Positions 47,331 to 57,070 of a DNA stretch of 60,014 bases are shown one piece after another. Made by a program: the position numbers and the translations under genes. Each line of letters begins with the position of its first letter. Within the stretch, counting starts at the first letter, position 1. The notes under the pieces were generated by a model that ran no database searches, had not been told where the DNA came from, and worked only from the letters and a program-made list of their open reading frames with translations. The DNA lies in assembly GCA_009918005.1 (NCBI GenBank), contig RGDC01000002.1:1-60014 (forward strand), in the 5' to 3' direction. This DNA is from Actinomycetota bacterium. GTDB lineage: Bacteria > Actinomycetota > Actinomycetes > S36-B12 > UBA5976.

Positions 47331-48179
47331 ATGAGTACTTTGACTTCACAACCAACAAAGGAATCGACTGCCCCGCGCCCACGCTTTGGCTGGTTGATTA
47401 CAGACAGCATTTCGGTTTCGCGTCGGCACTTACTTAAAATTACGCGCGTTCCAGAATCTTTATTCTTTGCATTGATTCAGCCAGTTATGTTCGTTTTGCT
47501 TTTCGCCTTCGTCTTTGGTGGCGCAATTGATGTTGGTCCTGGCGGAGCACAGTCCTACCGTGAGTATTTGATCCCAGGTATCTTGGCGCAAACCGTTATG
47601 TTTGCTGTCGCTGGAATAACAGTTGGAATCACCGAAGATGCCAGCAAGGGAATCATGGACAGATTCCGTTCCTTGCCAATGCGACCAGGTGCTGTTCTTA
47701 CTGGACACACGTTGGCATCATTGCTACAGAATATTTTGGTTATCGGAATTCTTTCCGTAACAGGTTTAGCAGTTGGCTGGAGAATCCATAATGGCTTCTC
47801 AGATGCGGCATTGGCTTACCTGATGTTCGCTTCATTCGCCTACGCAATTACTTGGGTTGGCGCTTGGATTGGCCTTCACATGCCTAACTCTGAAGTTGCA
47901 GGCACTGCAGGCTTAGCTTGGATTTTCCCATTTACTTTCGCATCAAACATCTTTACCCCAGTTGCCACGATGCCCACTTGGTTGCAACCATTCGTGCTGT
48001 GGAATCCTGTTTCATGTTTAGCGCTTGCAGCTCGCAAGTTGTTTGGAAATCCAACACCATTACTTGGTGATTCATTTCCTGAGAGATACCCAGTACAGCT
48101 TTCATTTGCGTACTGTTTCTTGTTGCTAGCAATTTTTGCGCCACTTGCAGTACGAGCCTTCAAAACTCGCAATAAGTAA
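47331..48179 (+). CDS. ABC-2 type transporter permease (DrrB-like)
   Basis: 282 aa with 6 TMs. Tightly coupled to the ATPase gene (2-nt gap). Confidence 0.8.
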   Translation: MSTLTSQPTKESTAPRPRFGWLITDSISVSRRHLLKITRVPESLFFALIQPVMFVLLFAFVFGGAIDVGPGGAQSYREYLIPGILAQTVMFAVAGITVGITEDASKGIMDRFRSLPMRPGAVLTGHTLASLLQNILVIGILSVTGLAVGWRIHNGFSDAALAYLMFASFAYAITWVGAWIGLHMPNSEVAGTAGLAWIFPFTFASNIFTPVATMPTWLQPFVLWNPVSCLALAARKLFGNPTPLLGDSFPERYPVQLSFAYCFLLLAIFAPLAVRAFKTRNK

Positions 48180-48181
48180 GA

Positions 48182-48664
48182 CTAAGGAACGTAAAGTTCA
48201 GCCGCAACAATAACGATACGAAGCGTTTTGCCGGATGGTGTTTCGTAAGAAATCTCCGCACCAACTTCTTGGTTAAGCACCGCTGCGCCCATCGGGCTAG
48301 TTGGTGAATAGACATCAATTGAGGTGTGTGCCGCTTCTTCGCGTGATCCCAGCAAAAAGGTTTCGGTGTCATCCAAATCTGGAAAGTTAACTGTGACAAC
48401 CATGCCTTGCGAAACTATACCTTCTTCAATTTCAGGAGTTCCGATTTGCGCGGCTTCAAGCATCTTGGTTAGTTGGCGAACCCGGCCTTCATTCTTGCCT
48501 TGCTCTTCACGAGCTGCGTGGTAGCCACCATTTTCTTTTAAGTCGCCTTCTTCGCGAGCCGCCGTAATACGTGCCTTAATCTCCTCGCGAAACTCGCCAC
48601 TTCGATGCTCAAGCTCAGCTTTGAGTCGATCGAATGCCTCTTGAGTTAACCAAACTTCGTTCAT
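48182..48664 (-). CDS. greA: Transcription elongation factor GreA
   Basis: WLTQEAFDRLK.EL, GDLKENGGYHAAREEQ, and a C-terminal SP.SPMG..L block. 160 aa. Confidence 0.92.
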   Translation of the reverse strand: MNEVWLTQEAFDRLKAELEHRSGEFREEIKARITAAREEGDLKENGGYHAAREEQGKNEGRVRQLTKMLEAAQIGTPEIEEGIVSQGMVVTVNFPDLDDTETFLLGSREEAAHTSIDVYSPTSPMGAAVLNQEVGAEISYETPSGKTLRIVIVAAELYVP

Positions 48665-48684
48665 TCGATAGACATTACGCGCAT

Positions 48685-49164
48685 TTAGCTAGTTGGTGCG
48701 ACTCCAGGCGAGACTTGGTCTGGAATTTTCACACCTGGCGGGAAATTTGCCGGAGGAACCCTCATTTTTTGGGAATTTGAGCAACCTAACACTTCAGCCA
48801 AAACGGCTTGGCCATTTGTGGTTAATGGATACGTAATCTGCTCGTATTTGTTGCCACCAGCGACGGTAACTGTTGCATATCCAACATCGGCTCGGTAGTT
48901 ATCCTGAGCCCGAACTACGCAATAGGTAGTTAGTTCAGGACCACGAGCTAGTTCCCAAGTCACATTTACTTGTGTTGGTGAAACTACTTCAAAGGTGAGT
49001 AACTGGGCGCTGACACTTGGATTCTGTTGACGATAGGTTGCATAAGCCAAACTTCCAGAAACTAAACCCGCAATCAAAACACCAACGAGCACTGGCACGA
49101 CACGCCTACGGCGCACCCCGTACCGAAGTTGGATGTGGGCTGGGAGATCTCTATTGTTTCGCAT
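48685..49164 (-). CDS. DUF4307 domain-containing membrane protein (Rv1081c position)
   Basis: 159 aa. It has an RYG...RRR segment followed by a TM and a beta-rich domain. Located immediately upstream of greA. Confidence 0.6.
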   Translation of the reverse strand: MRNNRDLPAHIQLRYGVRRRRVVPVLVGVLIAGLVSGSLAYATYRQQNPSVSAQLLTFEVVSPTQVNVTWELARGPELTTYCVVRAQDNYRADVGYATVTVAGGNKYEQITYPLTTNGQAVLAEVLGCSNSQKMRVPPANFPPGVKIPDQVSPGVAPTS

Positions 49165-49211
49165 TCTCCCTCCAGAATACGACCTTCGAAGGGATAGTGG
49201 AGAATAGAGGT

Positions 49212-50102
49212 ATGCCAGAAATTAATGTAGAGATGCCTGTAGCTGGCGAGCCACTTCGACTTCTAGCGGTACATGCCCACCCCGACGACGAAGCAAGTAA
49301 AGGTTCAGCTTCGACAGCAAAGTATGTTAGTGAAGGCGTACAGATAATGGTTGTGAGTTGTACCGGTGGGGAACGCGGCGACATTTTGAATCCGGGTTTT
49401 GAGCTTGGTGAGAGAAATATTTCTGATGTACGAAAAGTTGAGATGCAGCGGGCAGCTGAAATTCTTGGCGTCTCACATCGTTGGCTTGGATTTGAAGACT
49501 CTGGCTGGCCAGATGGCGATCCGAAGCCGCCCTTGCCACCTGGTTGTTTTGCTGATTTAGCGTTAGAAACGGTAAGCGCACCGTTAGTAGAGATAGTTCG
49601 CGAATTTAAGCCTCACGTGATTACTACCTATGACGAAAACGGTGGCTACCCACATCCTGATCACATCCGAACACATGAAGTCTCGATGTACGCCTGGGAA
49701 AAAGCTGCAGATCCAAATTATGAAACTAACCAAGAACCTTGGGCTGCAGCAAAGCTTTATTATCACCATGGATTTTCAAAAGCACGGGTTCAAGCGATGC
49801 ATGATGCTTGTGGCGCTTTGGGTATCGAATCTCCATATCAGGAATGGTTGGATGAATGGGAAGACGAAGACTTGGTGACCAATCGTGTTACTGCGAGAAT
49901 TGATTGCGCAAATTGGTTCCCAGTTCGTGAAGCCGCGCTTAAGGCTCATGAAACTCAAATTGATCCAAATGGCAGTTGGTTTGCAATTCCGAATGAAAAT
50001 CTGGCTGAAATTTGGCCAACTGAAGATTATGAACTTGCTATTTCACGAATTGGTGAAATTGTGGAAGAGACAGACTTGTTTGAGGGACTTAGGGGAGCGT
50101 AG
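49212..50102 (+). CDS. mca: Mycothiol S-conjugate amidase (LmbE/PIG-L family)
   Basis: Internal ATG 49212. LLAVHAHPDDEA, TGGERG.ILNP, TTYDENGGYPHPDHIR and THETQIDP align closely with M. tuberculosis Mca as recalled. MshB cannot be fully excluded. Confidence 0.8.
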   Translation: MPEINVEMPVAGEPLRLLAVHAHPDDEASKGSASTAKYVSEGVQIMVVSCTGGERGDILNPGFELGERNISDVRKVEMQRAAEILGVSHRWLGFEDSGWPDGDPKPPLPPGCFADLALETVSAPLVEIVREFKPHVITTYDENGGYPHPDHIRTHEVSMYAWEKAADPNYETNQEPWAAAKLYYHHGFSKARVQAMHDACGALGIESPYQEWLDEWEDEDLVTNRVTARIDCANWFPVREAALKAHETQIDPNGSWFAIPNENLAEIWPTEDYELAISRIGEIVEETDLFEGLRGA

Positions 50103-50306
50103 ATGTTTAGATTCATTAATTCGATTGCTGGAAGTTCGCCTGAGCCATTTCCGTCCTCAACCGAATTTGATTCCTCTAAAGTAAATCCAGGACCGCTAGG
50201 TGGACTGGTTTTCTTATTCCTAACAATCGCAGTTGTAATCTTGCTGTTCAGCTTCAATCGACACATTAAGAAAGTTAATTTCGAGCAGGACGACTCCGAA
50301 CAATAA
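50103..50306 (+). CDS. Small membrane protein, hypothetical
   Basis: 67 aa. The ATG directly abuts the mca stop (TAGATG). It has one TM (GGLVFLFLTIAVVILLFSF). No family recognised. Confidence 0.4.
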   Translation: MFRFINSIAGSSPEPFPSSTEFDSSKVNPGPLGGLVFLFLTIAVVILLFSFNRHIKKVNFEQDDSEQ

Positions 50307-51089
50307 GTGATTATGAATCGGTACTTTTCACCTCGCCTCCTGGCAATACATGCGTTAGGTGCAGTTTCGGTGCTCGCATGTATTGCACTCGCCAATTGGC
50401 AGTGGGATAGAGCCCAGGCTTACGTTCCTACGATAAATTCAGTCCAAAAATCATTTGAAGAACTTAGTCCGCTTCGGGATTATTTGCCAGCGTCCTCAGT
50501 AGGGATTCCAACTACCGTGACCGGCACCTGGCAGCCTGAGGAACGAATTTTGATGCCAGAACGAATCCTTGATGGTAAGTCGATGGTAAATCCAAATCCT
50601 GAAACTGAAGTAATAGCTGAGTGGGTTGGCCCAATCGGCTATTGGGTTGTCGACATCATGGAATTGGCAGATGCTTCTAGTTTGGGTGTGGTTCGTGGGT
50701 TCACTGAGAATCCTGATGAAATTGAATTAGCGAGTGGACAAGCCACGGTCACTGGAATTATGCAGCCAAGCGAAGATGTGCCTGGATTGAAGTTAGTAAA
50801 CAAAATCAAGCCGCTTACCACTAAATTGATCGTGGCAAATTCTAGAACTATTGCGCATGACGGATATTTAGTATCGAGCGAGAACGACGGACCACTAATT
50901 GCGGTAAACCCAATCTTTACCGAACCAGTCGTTAGTGGACTGAACTGGCGAAATGTTGCCTATACATTTAATTGGATATTCTTTGCCGTAATTGTGGGGA
51001 TGATGTGGATTCGGGTAGCACGCGACGAACTTGAATTCGCGCAAATTGCTAAACATGATGCAGACTTAGGACATGACAATGAATCGTGA
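50307..51089 (+). CDS. SURF1 family protein
   Basis: 260 aa. An N-terminal TM is followed by NWQWDRAQ (the SURF1 W-Q motif), with a C-terminal TM. Confidence 0.65.
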   Translation: MIMNRYFSPRLLAIHALGAVSVLACIALANWQWDRAQAYVPTINSVQKSFEELSPLRDYLPASSVGIPTTVTGTWQPEERILMPERILDGKSMVNPNPETEVIAEWVGPIGYWVVDIMELADASSLGVVRGFTENPDEIELASGQATVTGIMQPSEDVPGLKLVNKIKPLTTKLIVANSRTIAHDGYLVSSENDGPLIAVNPIFTEPVVSGLNWRNVAYTFNWIFFAVIVGMMWIRVARDELEFAQIAKHDADLGHDNES

Positions 51090-51387
51090 AGATTTTGCAA
51101 AGCAATGGATGTTCTATCGGATCATGGCGGTAGTGGTCGGATCAGTGCTTCTCGTACTGACGATTTTACTTATTTCGGTTCGTGGCTTAGGAAACCCAGA
51201 GCCATCATTTTATGTAGCAGCTTGGACTGCGCACGGATATTTGTTTCCGGTTTATGTTGTAGCAACTTTTATGCTTTCCACGAAGTTGAAATGGTCGTTC
51301 GGAAAAACTATCTTGATTATGTTGGCTGGAACTATCCCACTGATGTCCTTTATTACCGAACGTCGGGTTGCGAAGGAAGTTTCCTAA
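51073..51387 (+). CDS. DUF3817 domain-containing membrane protein
   Basis: 104 aa with 3 TMs. F.YRIMAVVVG... and HG.LFPVYVV resemble DUF3817 (from memory). Confidence 0.6.
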   Translation: MTMNREDFAKQWMFYRIMAVVVGSVLLVLTILLISVRGLGNPEPSFYVAAWTAHGYLFPVYVVATFMLSTKLKWSFGKTILIMLAGTIPLMSFITERRVAKEVS

Positions 51388-51396
51388 ATCTAGTGA

Positions 51397-52329
51397 TTAG
51401 CGCCAGCGGTGTTGGCCTTCTGGCTCATCCGCCCAAGAACGCTCATCTTCAAGTGGCTCAACATGCGTTGTAATGATTGCATCTGGTAGCACAGCAATGA
51501 TGTCTGCTTCTAAGTTTTCAGATAAGTCGTGACCTTTTTGAATAGTCCAGGCTCCCGGTACTAAAACATGCATTGATACAAACCTTTGGCGTCCAGCTTC
51601 GCGAGTCTGTAGCGCATGGAACTTAACTTCATCACTTTCATACTTGGTAAGCACTTGCACGATCTTTAGGTGGTCATCATCAGATAGTGCCTTATCCATT
51701 AGCCCTGCAGTACTACTTCGCAGCAAGTTAATCCCAGTGACAATAATGTTAAGTCCCACGGCCATTGCGACAACACCATCGAGGCGATCCCAGCCCGTTA
51801 CAACAACTAACCCGACGCCGACAATCACACCAACAGATGTCCATACATCGGTCAGCAAATGCTTTCCGTCTGCTACCAAAACGGGTGATCGATGAAGTTT
51901 TCCAGCCCGCAACAAAATAAGTGCCGTTCCACCATTAATCAAGGCAGCAATTGTTGAAATCGTTAATCCCCAGCCGATTTGCTCGAGTGGGCGAGGACTA
52001 ATGATTCTTTCGATTGCAGTGTAAACAATTATTAAGGCAGCTAGCAGAATCATAAAACCTTCGATTGAGGCAGAAAAGTATTCTGCTTTACCTCGACCGA
52101 AGTGATGCATGGCATCTGCTGGCTTCATTGCTGTGCGAAGTGCGAACAAGGCAATTACAGCAGCGAAAATGTTAACTGTGGATTCAAGAGCGTCGGAAAG
52201 CAAGCCCACAGAACCAGTAGCCCACCAGGCGGCAATCTTCATTCCAAAGACCACAATGCTTACGACAATAGACATCCAAGCAAATTTTGTGAGGTTTACT
52301 GGTGTGTTGCTCATCGTTGATGTGGTCAT
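51397..52329 (-). CDS. Cation diffusion facilitator family transporter
   Basis: 310 aa. Six TMs with LSDALES/HLLTDV-type metal-site motifs, and a C-terminal cytoplasmic domain. Confidence 0.85.
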   Translation of the reverse strand: MTTSTMSNTPVNLTKFAWMSIVVSIVVFGMKIAAWWATGSVGLLSDALESTVNIFAAVIALFALRTAMKPADAMHHFGRGKAEYFSASIEGFMILLAALIIVYTAIERIISPRPLEQIGWGLTISTIAALINGGTALILLRAGKLHRSPVLVADGKHLLTDVWTSVGVIVGVGLVVVTGWDRLDGVVAMAVGLNIIVTGINLLRSSTAGLMDKALSDDDHLKIVQVLTKYESDEVKFHALQTREAGRQRFVSMHVLVPGAWTIQKGHDLSENLEADIIAVLPDAIITTHVEPLEDERSWADEPEGQHRWR

Positions 52330-52376
52330 GAAATCATTGTGTCAGATGGCGCCCAGCGCAAGCGGGAGCGTTGACG

Positions 52377-52676
52377 TTATGGCTGATGGATTGGAACCTG
52401 TTCAGGTCTGCCGTGCCGCTGCTTAGGTGGCTTACGAATCCCAGATGCATAAAGTGCCTCAAGAATTTGGCGAGTACTAACTTCGGTAGCGCCAGCCGAA
52501 ATGGCAATCTCACGCATATGCTCGGGAACATCAAAGTGATCACCTTGAAAGCCCCGATCCGGCAACCCTAATTCAGACGCGAATTCTTTGAGTTCAGCAA
52601 CTGAAGTATCGCTGACCATATGGCACCATAACCAGTCGCGCCAGGGCCACTGCGCTTGATCAATAAGAATCGCCAA
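52377..52676 (-). CDS. DUF4031 domain-containing protein
   Basis: TTG 52676 gives (M)AILIDQAQWPWRDWLWCHMVSD...HFDVP, typical of DUF4031. The longer ORF to 52757 would overlap the MMPL gene by 68 nt. Confidence 0.65.
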   Translation of the reverse strand: MAILIDQAQWPWRDWLWCHMVSDTSVAELKEFASELGLPDRGFQGDHFDVPEHMREIAISAGATEVSTRQILEALYASGIRKPPKQRHGRPEQVPIHQP

Positions 52677-52689
52677 TTTAGACAGACAA

Positions 52690-54849
52690 TTATTCGGTAA
52701 TACCAAATCGGGAATGAAGTTTGCGAAGCGGCTTTGGCGCCCACCAGTTCCAATCACCAGCTACGCGCATCAATGCCGGAACAAGTAAGCCTCGCACAAC
52801 AGTGGCATCAAGCAGAATTGCAAAGGCAATTCCGAGCCCCAACATCTTGATGCTGGTGACGCCACTTGTCATAAAGCAAGCAAACACAATTGCAATCAGA
52901 ATTGCAGCTGCGGTAATAATGCGACCAGACTTTTGAAGACCTGAGCTCACTGACGTAGTGGTATCTGCTCCATTGTCATGCTCTTCTTTAATTCTGGATA
53001 AAAGGAATAGTTCGTAATCCATAGACAGACCAAACGCCACAATGGCAACCAGCACCAAAGTAGAGGTATCAAGGGCACCGGTTACTGTGAAGTTACCAAC
53101 GAGCCACATGGCATTGCCATCTTGAAATACCCAAACTAAAACACCAAGAGTTGCCCCCAGACTTAACATGTTCAAGATCACAGCTTTGACGGGCAGAATT
53201 GCGCTTCCAGTAAATAGGAACAAGATGATCAGTGTTGCGATCGTGAGCCAACCCAATACGGTTGGCAAGTTATCCGAGATACCCGCCTGTGAATCTGTGA
53301 ATATCGCCGCTTGTCCACCGATCAAGGTGCCATCAGTCGGAGGTTGGACTGCGCGAAGTCTCAGAATCAGATTTTTAGCATCCATGTTTCGAGATTCAAC
53401 ATCGGTGTAAAGCGTAATTCGATGGTGAGAAGCCGAAGATGCTACCGCTTGTTCAGCAGCTAACGGCGTCACTGTGTCTCCTTCGATCATGGAGTCACCC
53501 GTATATGCGCTCATTACATTTGGATCGGCAACTAAGGTTTTTGCATAGTTATCGACTTCAGCAAGAGTGGCTGAAATCGGAACCAATACTTCGACTGGAA
53601 TCTGACTTTCAAACCGCTCGCGAATTTGATCGGAGGCAATTGCTGCTGGATTGCTTGCTGGTAAAACTCGATCGTCCACTTGACTAAATTTTGCATTCAA
53701 CGCAGGTGAGGCCAGCGCAACCAGCAAAGTCACGGTTCCGACGATTACCAAAATCGGCCGCCTCATTACGGCAGTAGCAAGTGTGGACCAAGCACCAGAT
53801 TCTTTTGGCTTGAGATCGCCACGGCGAATTTTAAACTTATCTACCTTGTGACCCAGTAAAGCAAGAGTTGCAGGAAGTGCAATTAAAGAAGCCAAAACTG
53901 CGAATAAAACGACACTAACTCCGGCGTACGCGAATGACTTTAAGAAATATTGTGGGAACAATAACATCGAAGCTAAAACTAAAGCGACTGTTATGCCTGA
54001 GAAAAATACGGTGCGACCAGCCGTCGCAACAGTTTTCACAACCGAGGCAGCAACATCGTTAGTTCGAGCCAATTCTTCTCGGAACCTATTAACAATTAGT
54101 AGTGCATAATCAATACCTAATCCAAGCCCCAATCCAGTGATTAAGTTCAGGGCAAATACTGAAACATCAGTGAATCTTGTTATTAAATAAAGTACAAAGA
54201 AACTTCCAGCTATAGAACCTAGGGCAACAACCATTGGCAACCCGGCTGCCACTGCCGCCCCAAAAACAAACATCAACATCAAGACATTTAGTGGAATTGC
54301 AATCGCTTCGGCAATTTTCAAGTCATGCTTAATCTGACCATTTATCGCCTCGTATAGTACTTCGATTCCACCCACATATGCGCGGGTGCCGGCTGATTCT
54401 TTGTCATAGGTATCTTGAATGTTCTTTGCAGTTGCTGCGGCTTGTTCCGAGTCCAGATTTTTGCTGAAATAAACAAGTGCTAGACCGGCATTGCCATCAA
54501 AACTTTTTAAGCTTTCCTGACCAGTATTCCAATACGAAACAATGGATTCAATATTTTCTTCTTTGGAAACTTTCGCCAGTAAATCGTTAGCAGCGGTTAT
54601 GGATTGTGGATCATCAATACTCGCTAGGGTGTCAATGACCAAGATCGCAGAAGCGTCACGAGAGTCAAAGTCTGATTTCAGAATTTGATCCACAGCTGCA
54701 GAGTCGCTTCCTAGATCGTCATAACCCTGACTTTTTAACGAACTAAACATCCCCGCACCGATGACACCTGCGACAAGCACCGAAATTAGGTAGCCGACAA
54801 AAACACCTTTTCGGTGTCGGACCACAAATTGGCCAATAGTTTCAAACAC
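52690..54849 (-). CDS. MMPL family (RND superfamily) transporter
   Basis: 719 aa. Two 6-TM bundles are each preceded by a soluble loop, and there are repeated GIDY/SMDYELF motifs. Confidence 0.85.
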   Translation of the reverse strand: MFETIGQFVVRHRKGVFVGYLISVLVAGVIGAGMFSSLKSQGYDDLGSDSAAVDQILKSDFDSRDASAILVIDTLASIDDPQSITAANDLLAKVSKEENIESIVSYWNTGQESLKSFDGNAGLALVYFSKNLDSEQAAATAKNIQDTYDKESAGTRAYVGGIEVLYEAINGQIKHDLKIAEAIAIPLNVLMLMFVFGAAVAAGLPMVVALGSIAGSFFVLYLITRFTDVSVFALNLITGLGLGLGIDYALLIVNRFREELARTNDVAASVVKTVATAGRTVFFSGITVALVLASMLLFPQYFLKSFAYAGVSVVLFAVLASLIALPATLALLGHKVDKFKIRRGDLKPKESGAWSTLATAVMRRPILVIVGTVTLLVALASPALNAKFSQVDDRVLPASNPAAIASDQIRERFESQIPVEVLVPISATLAEVDNYAKTLVADPNVMSAYTGDSMIEGDTVTPLAAEQAVASSASHHRITLYTDVESRNMDAKNLILRLRAVQPPTDGTLIGGQAAIFTDSQAGISDNLPTVLGWLTIATLIILFLFTGSAILPVKAVILNMLSLGATLGVLVWVFQDGNAMWLVGNFTVTGALDTSTLVLVAIVAFGLSMDYELFLLSRIKEEHDNGADTTTSVSSGLQKSGRIITAAAILIAIVFACFMTSGVTSIKMLGLGIAFAILLDATVVRGLLVPALMRVAGDWNWWAPKPLRKLHSRFGITE

Positions 54850-54898
54850 AGGAACGCCTTAGATAGCTAACGAAGATGTTGTAAATAAGTTTACTTAC

Positions 54899-56872
54899 TT
54901 AGTTTACTTTCGTGGTTTTAGCCTTTGAAACTAAAACTCCTAAGCGTGAGTCGCTAGTTTTCACTCGATAGGAAACCACCAATTTGTTGGCCCCAGTCGC
55001 GCGGCTGAGAGCCCATTTGCCTGATGCATCAGTTTTGACTTTGGCGATTTTCTTCCAAGCACCGTTGCCAATTTTTCGCTCTACGGTTAATACCACTCCG
55101 GCTAAACTTGGGCTAACGCCGCCAGTGAGCATGAACGTTGAGTTGCGTTTGGCTGATTTTGGTGCACTCAAAGAGATTGAGCCTGCGATCACGACTCTAT
55201 TAGTAGAAGTCTTTATGGTGCCTTTTGAGTTTGTGGCAACAATCCTCAAGTCATGATTTCCAGGAGATGGTCCCGTCCAGATCATGGACCATGAGCCTTT
55301 TATGTTTGTTGTTGCGGTTGAAATAGTTTTCCATTTACCGCCAATTCGAGATTGCAACTTAATCCTTGCACCAAGTTGTGCAGGGAATATTTTTCCTGTG
55401 AATTTGAAGTCACTTGGCGGGGTAACTTTTTTCGGCCAATTAACTTTAGAAACAGAAGTCAAAAGTTTTGCAGTCGCAGTTGTAGAACCAGCGATAGTTG
55501 CAATCCCGGGTGTGATGGCAGAGATGTAAGTTGACTTCGTTCCAAGAACACCTCGTAATTCATCAGGTGTAATTGGTTGGTTGGGCGCTATTGTTAGCGC
55601 GGTGATATTTCCAGCTGAGTCTGAAATATTTAATTTGCTAATGCCACCACTTGGGTAGTTCCCAGTGACGGTCATTGACCAAACATCAGGAATATCGAGC
55701 CCTTGTGCCCGAAGCTTTGAGACTAAAGTTGCTTGATCAATCGTGTCAGTCCAGGCTGAATTACTGTTATTGACGCGTGGGTCTTGTGACCAATGGTCAT
55801 CAACACTCACGAGATATGGAAAAGCAGATCCCCAAACTTCGGAAGTGGGCTGAGATTTACCTCCTGTGGAAGAAGAATAGTAAGTAGAGATAACTGAACC
55901 GTTGTAGCGCACAACATATGCAGTAGTCGATGCCTTAGTTGGATCGTTAGTAGATGGCGTATTCGGATCGACAATAGTTGCGTTCACGGCGGCTAACCAA
56001 CGATTTCCACTCGTGGCAATTTCTTTGCTGTAGCCAACGAAAGCTTGATCTAGGGTCGTGGCATATATCTGACAGTAACATCCCTTGCGAGTGGATATTT
56101 TTCGCACTGCGTACGATCTCGCAGCAATAGCTTGCGCTTGCATTGCAGCATCAGTCCACGAGGATGGAACTTCACCAAGGCCCCATAAATATTCATCTGA
56201 TAACCGCAAAGTATTTACGACAACCAAATCAACTATTGCATCATCGTAAGTACCTGAAGTTAGCTCTAAAGTTCCGTATCGGTACCTACTCGAGCACGCG
56301 TTAGGGGCGCAGCTCGCTACTCCGAGTGCCGTGATCGCAGAAGTGGCATCAACACCGGACTTGACTTGCACAACTGTGTCAACATTCGTCCAGTTCAAAG
56401 TAACCACGGATCCGGCACCAAGGACTACGCCATTGGATGAAACTTCAGTTAATCCGTTTATTGTTGTGAAAGTTGCGGCTACACCGGGGGCAACTGTAAT
56501 CGGAGTACCGGCGTCGATAACAACATTAAATCCACCGCCTGTGGTAGCGCCGGGTACAAACTCACCCCGGACTGCAACAAATTTGCGGTCTTGCAAAAGT
56601 CCGACTCGGATATCTGAATTGGGTAATGCAACTGCATCAACAGTTGTTCCGGTGTAGTAATGAGTAAGAATTTGGGCCGCAGTAAAACCGTCAAGCCCCA
56701 TACCTTGAGCGCCGTATTGACTCATGCCAACCCCATGGCCAAAACCTGAACCTGTGATAGTGAATCCAGCGGGAACTTGAACCACATCGGTTGCGCGGGC
56801 GGGACCCATTGATCCGCTGAGCAGGCAAGCGACAACGGCTGAAGTAATGAAGGATTTGCCGAGTTTATTCAT
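54899..56872 (-). CDS. Secreted SpoIID/LytB domain protein with C-terminal tandem Ig-like modules
   Basis: 657 aa. It has a signal peptide, GHGVGMSQYGAQGM (SpoIID signature), YYSSSTGG, and two similar C-terminal modules of about 80 aa. Confidence 0.8.
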   Translation of the reverse strand: MNKLGKSFITSAVVACLLSGSMGPARATDVVQVPAGFTITGSGFGHGVGMSQYGAQGMGLDGFTAAQILTHYYTGTTVDAVALPNSDIRVGLLQDRKFVAVRGEFVPGATTGGGFNVVIDAGTPITVAPGVAATFTTINGLTEVSSNGVVLGAGSVVTLNWTNVDTVVQVKSGVDATSAITALGVASCAPNACSSRYRYGTLELTSGTYDDAIVDLVVVNTLRLSDEYLWGLGEVPSSWTDAAMQAQAIAARSYAVRKISTRKGCYCQIYATTLDQAFVGYSKEIATSGNRWLAAVNATIVDPNTPSTNDPTKASTTAYVVRYNGSVISTYYSSSTGGKSQPTSEVWGSAFPYLVSVDDHWSQDPRVNNSNSAWTDTIDQATLVSKLRAQGLDIPDVWSMTVTGNYPSGGISKLNISDSAGNITALTIAPNQPITPDELRGVLGTKSTYISAITPGIATIAGSTTATAKLLTSVSKVNWPKKVTPPSDFKFTGKIFPAQLGARIKLQSRIGGKWKTISTATTNIKGSWSMIWTGPSPGNHDLRIVATNSKGTIKTSTNRVVIAGSISLSAPKSAKRNSTFMLTGGVSPSLAGVVLTVERKIGNGAWKKIAKVKTDASGKWALSRATGANKLVVSYRVKTSDSRLGVLVSKAKTTKVN

Positions 56873-57070
56873 TTTCTCACGTTCGGTGGGGGAAGCTTCC
56901 TTTCGAAACTAACACAATAAAAGCCTGTAATTAAGGAAGCGCTGTCCAAATATTAGACATATAAATGGGGAATTCTTCTTCATAGGTATTGATTTCAAGT
57001 CGGTGCAGGTCGTGACTTACGATTAGAAGAGCGCAATCGTGCAAATCTGACTTATAGCAAGGACTTATCT

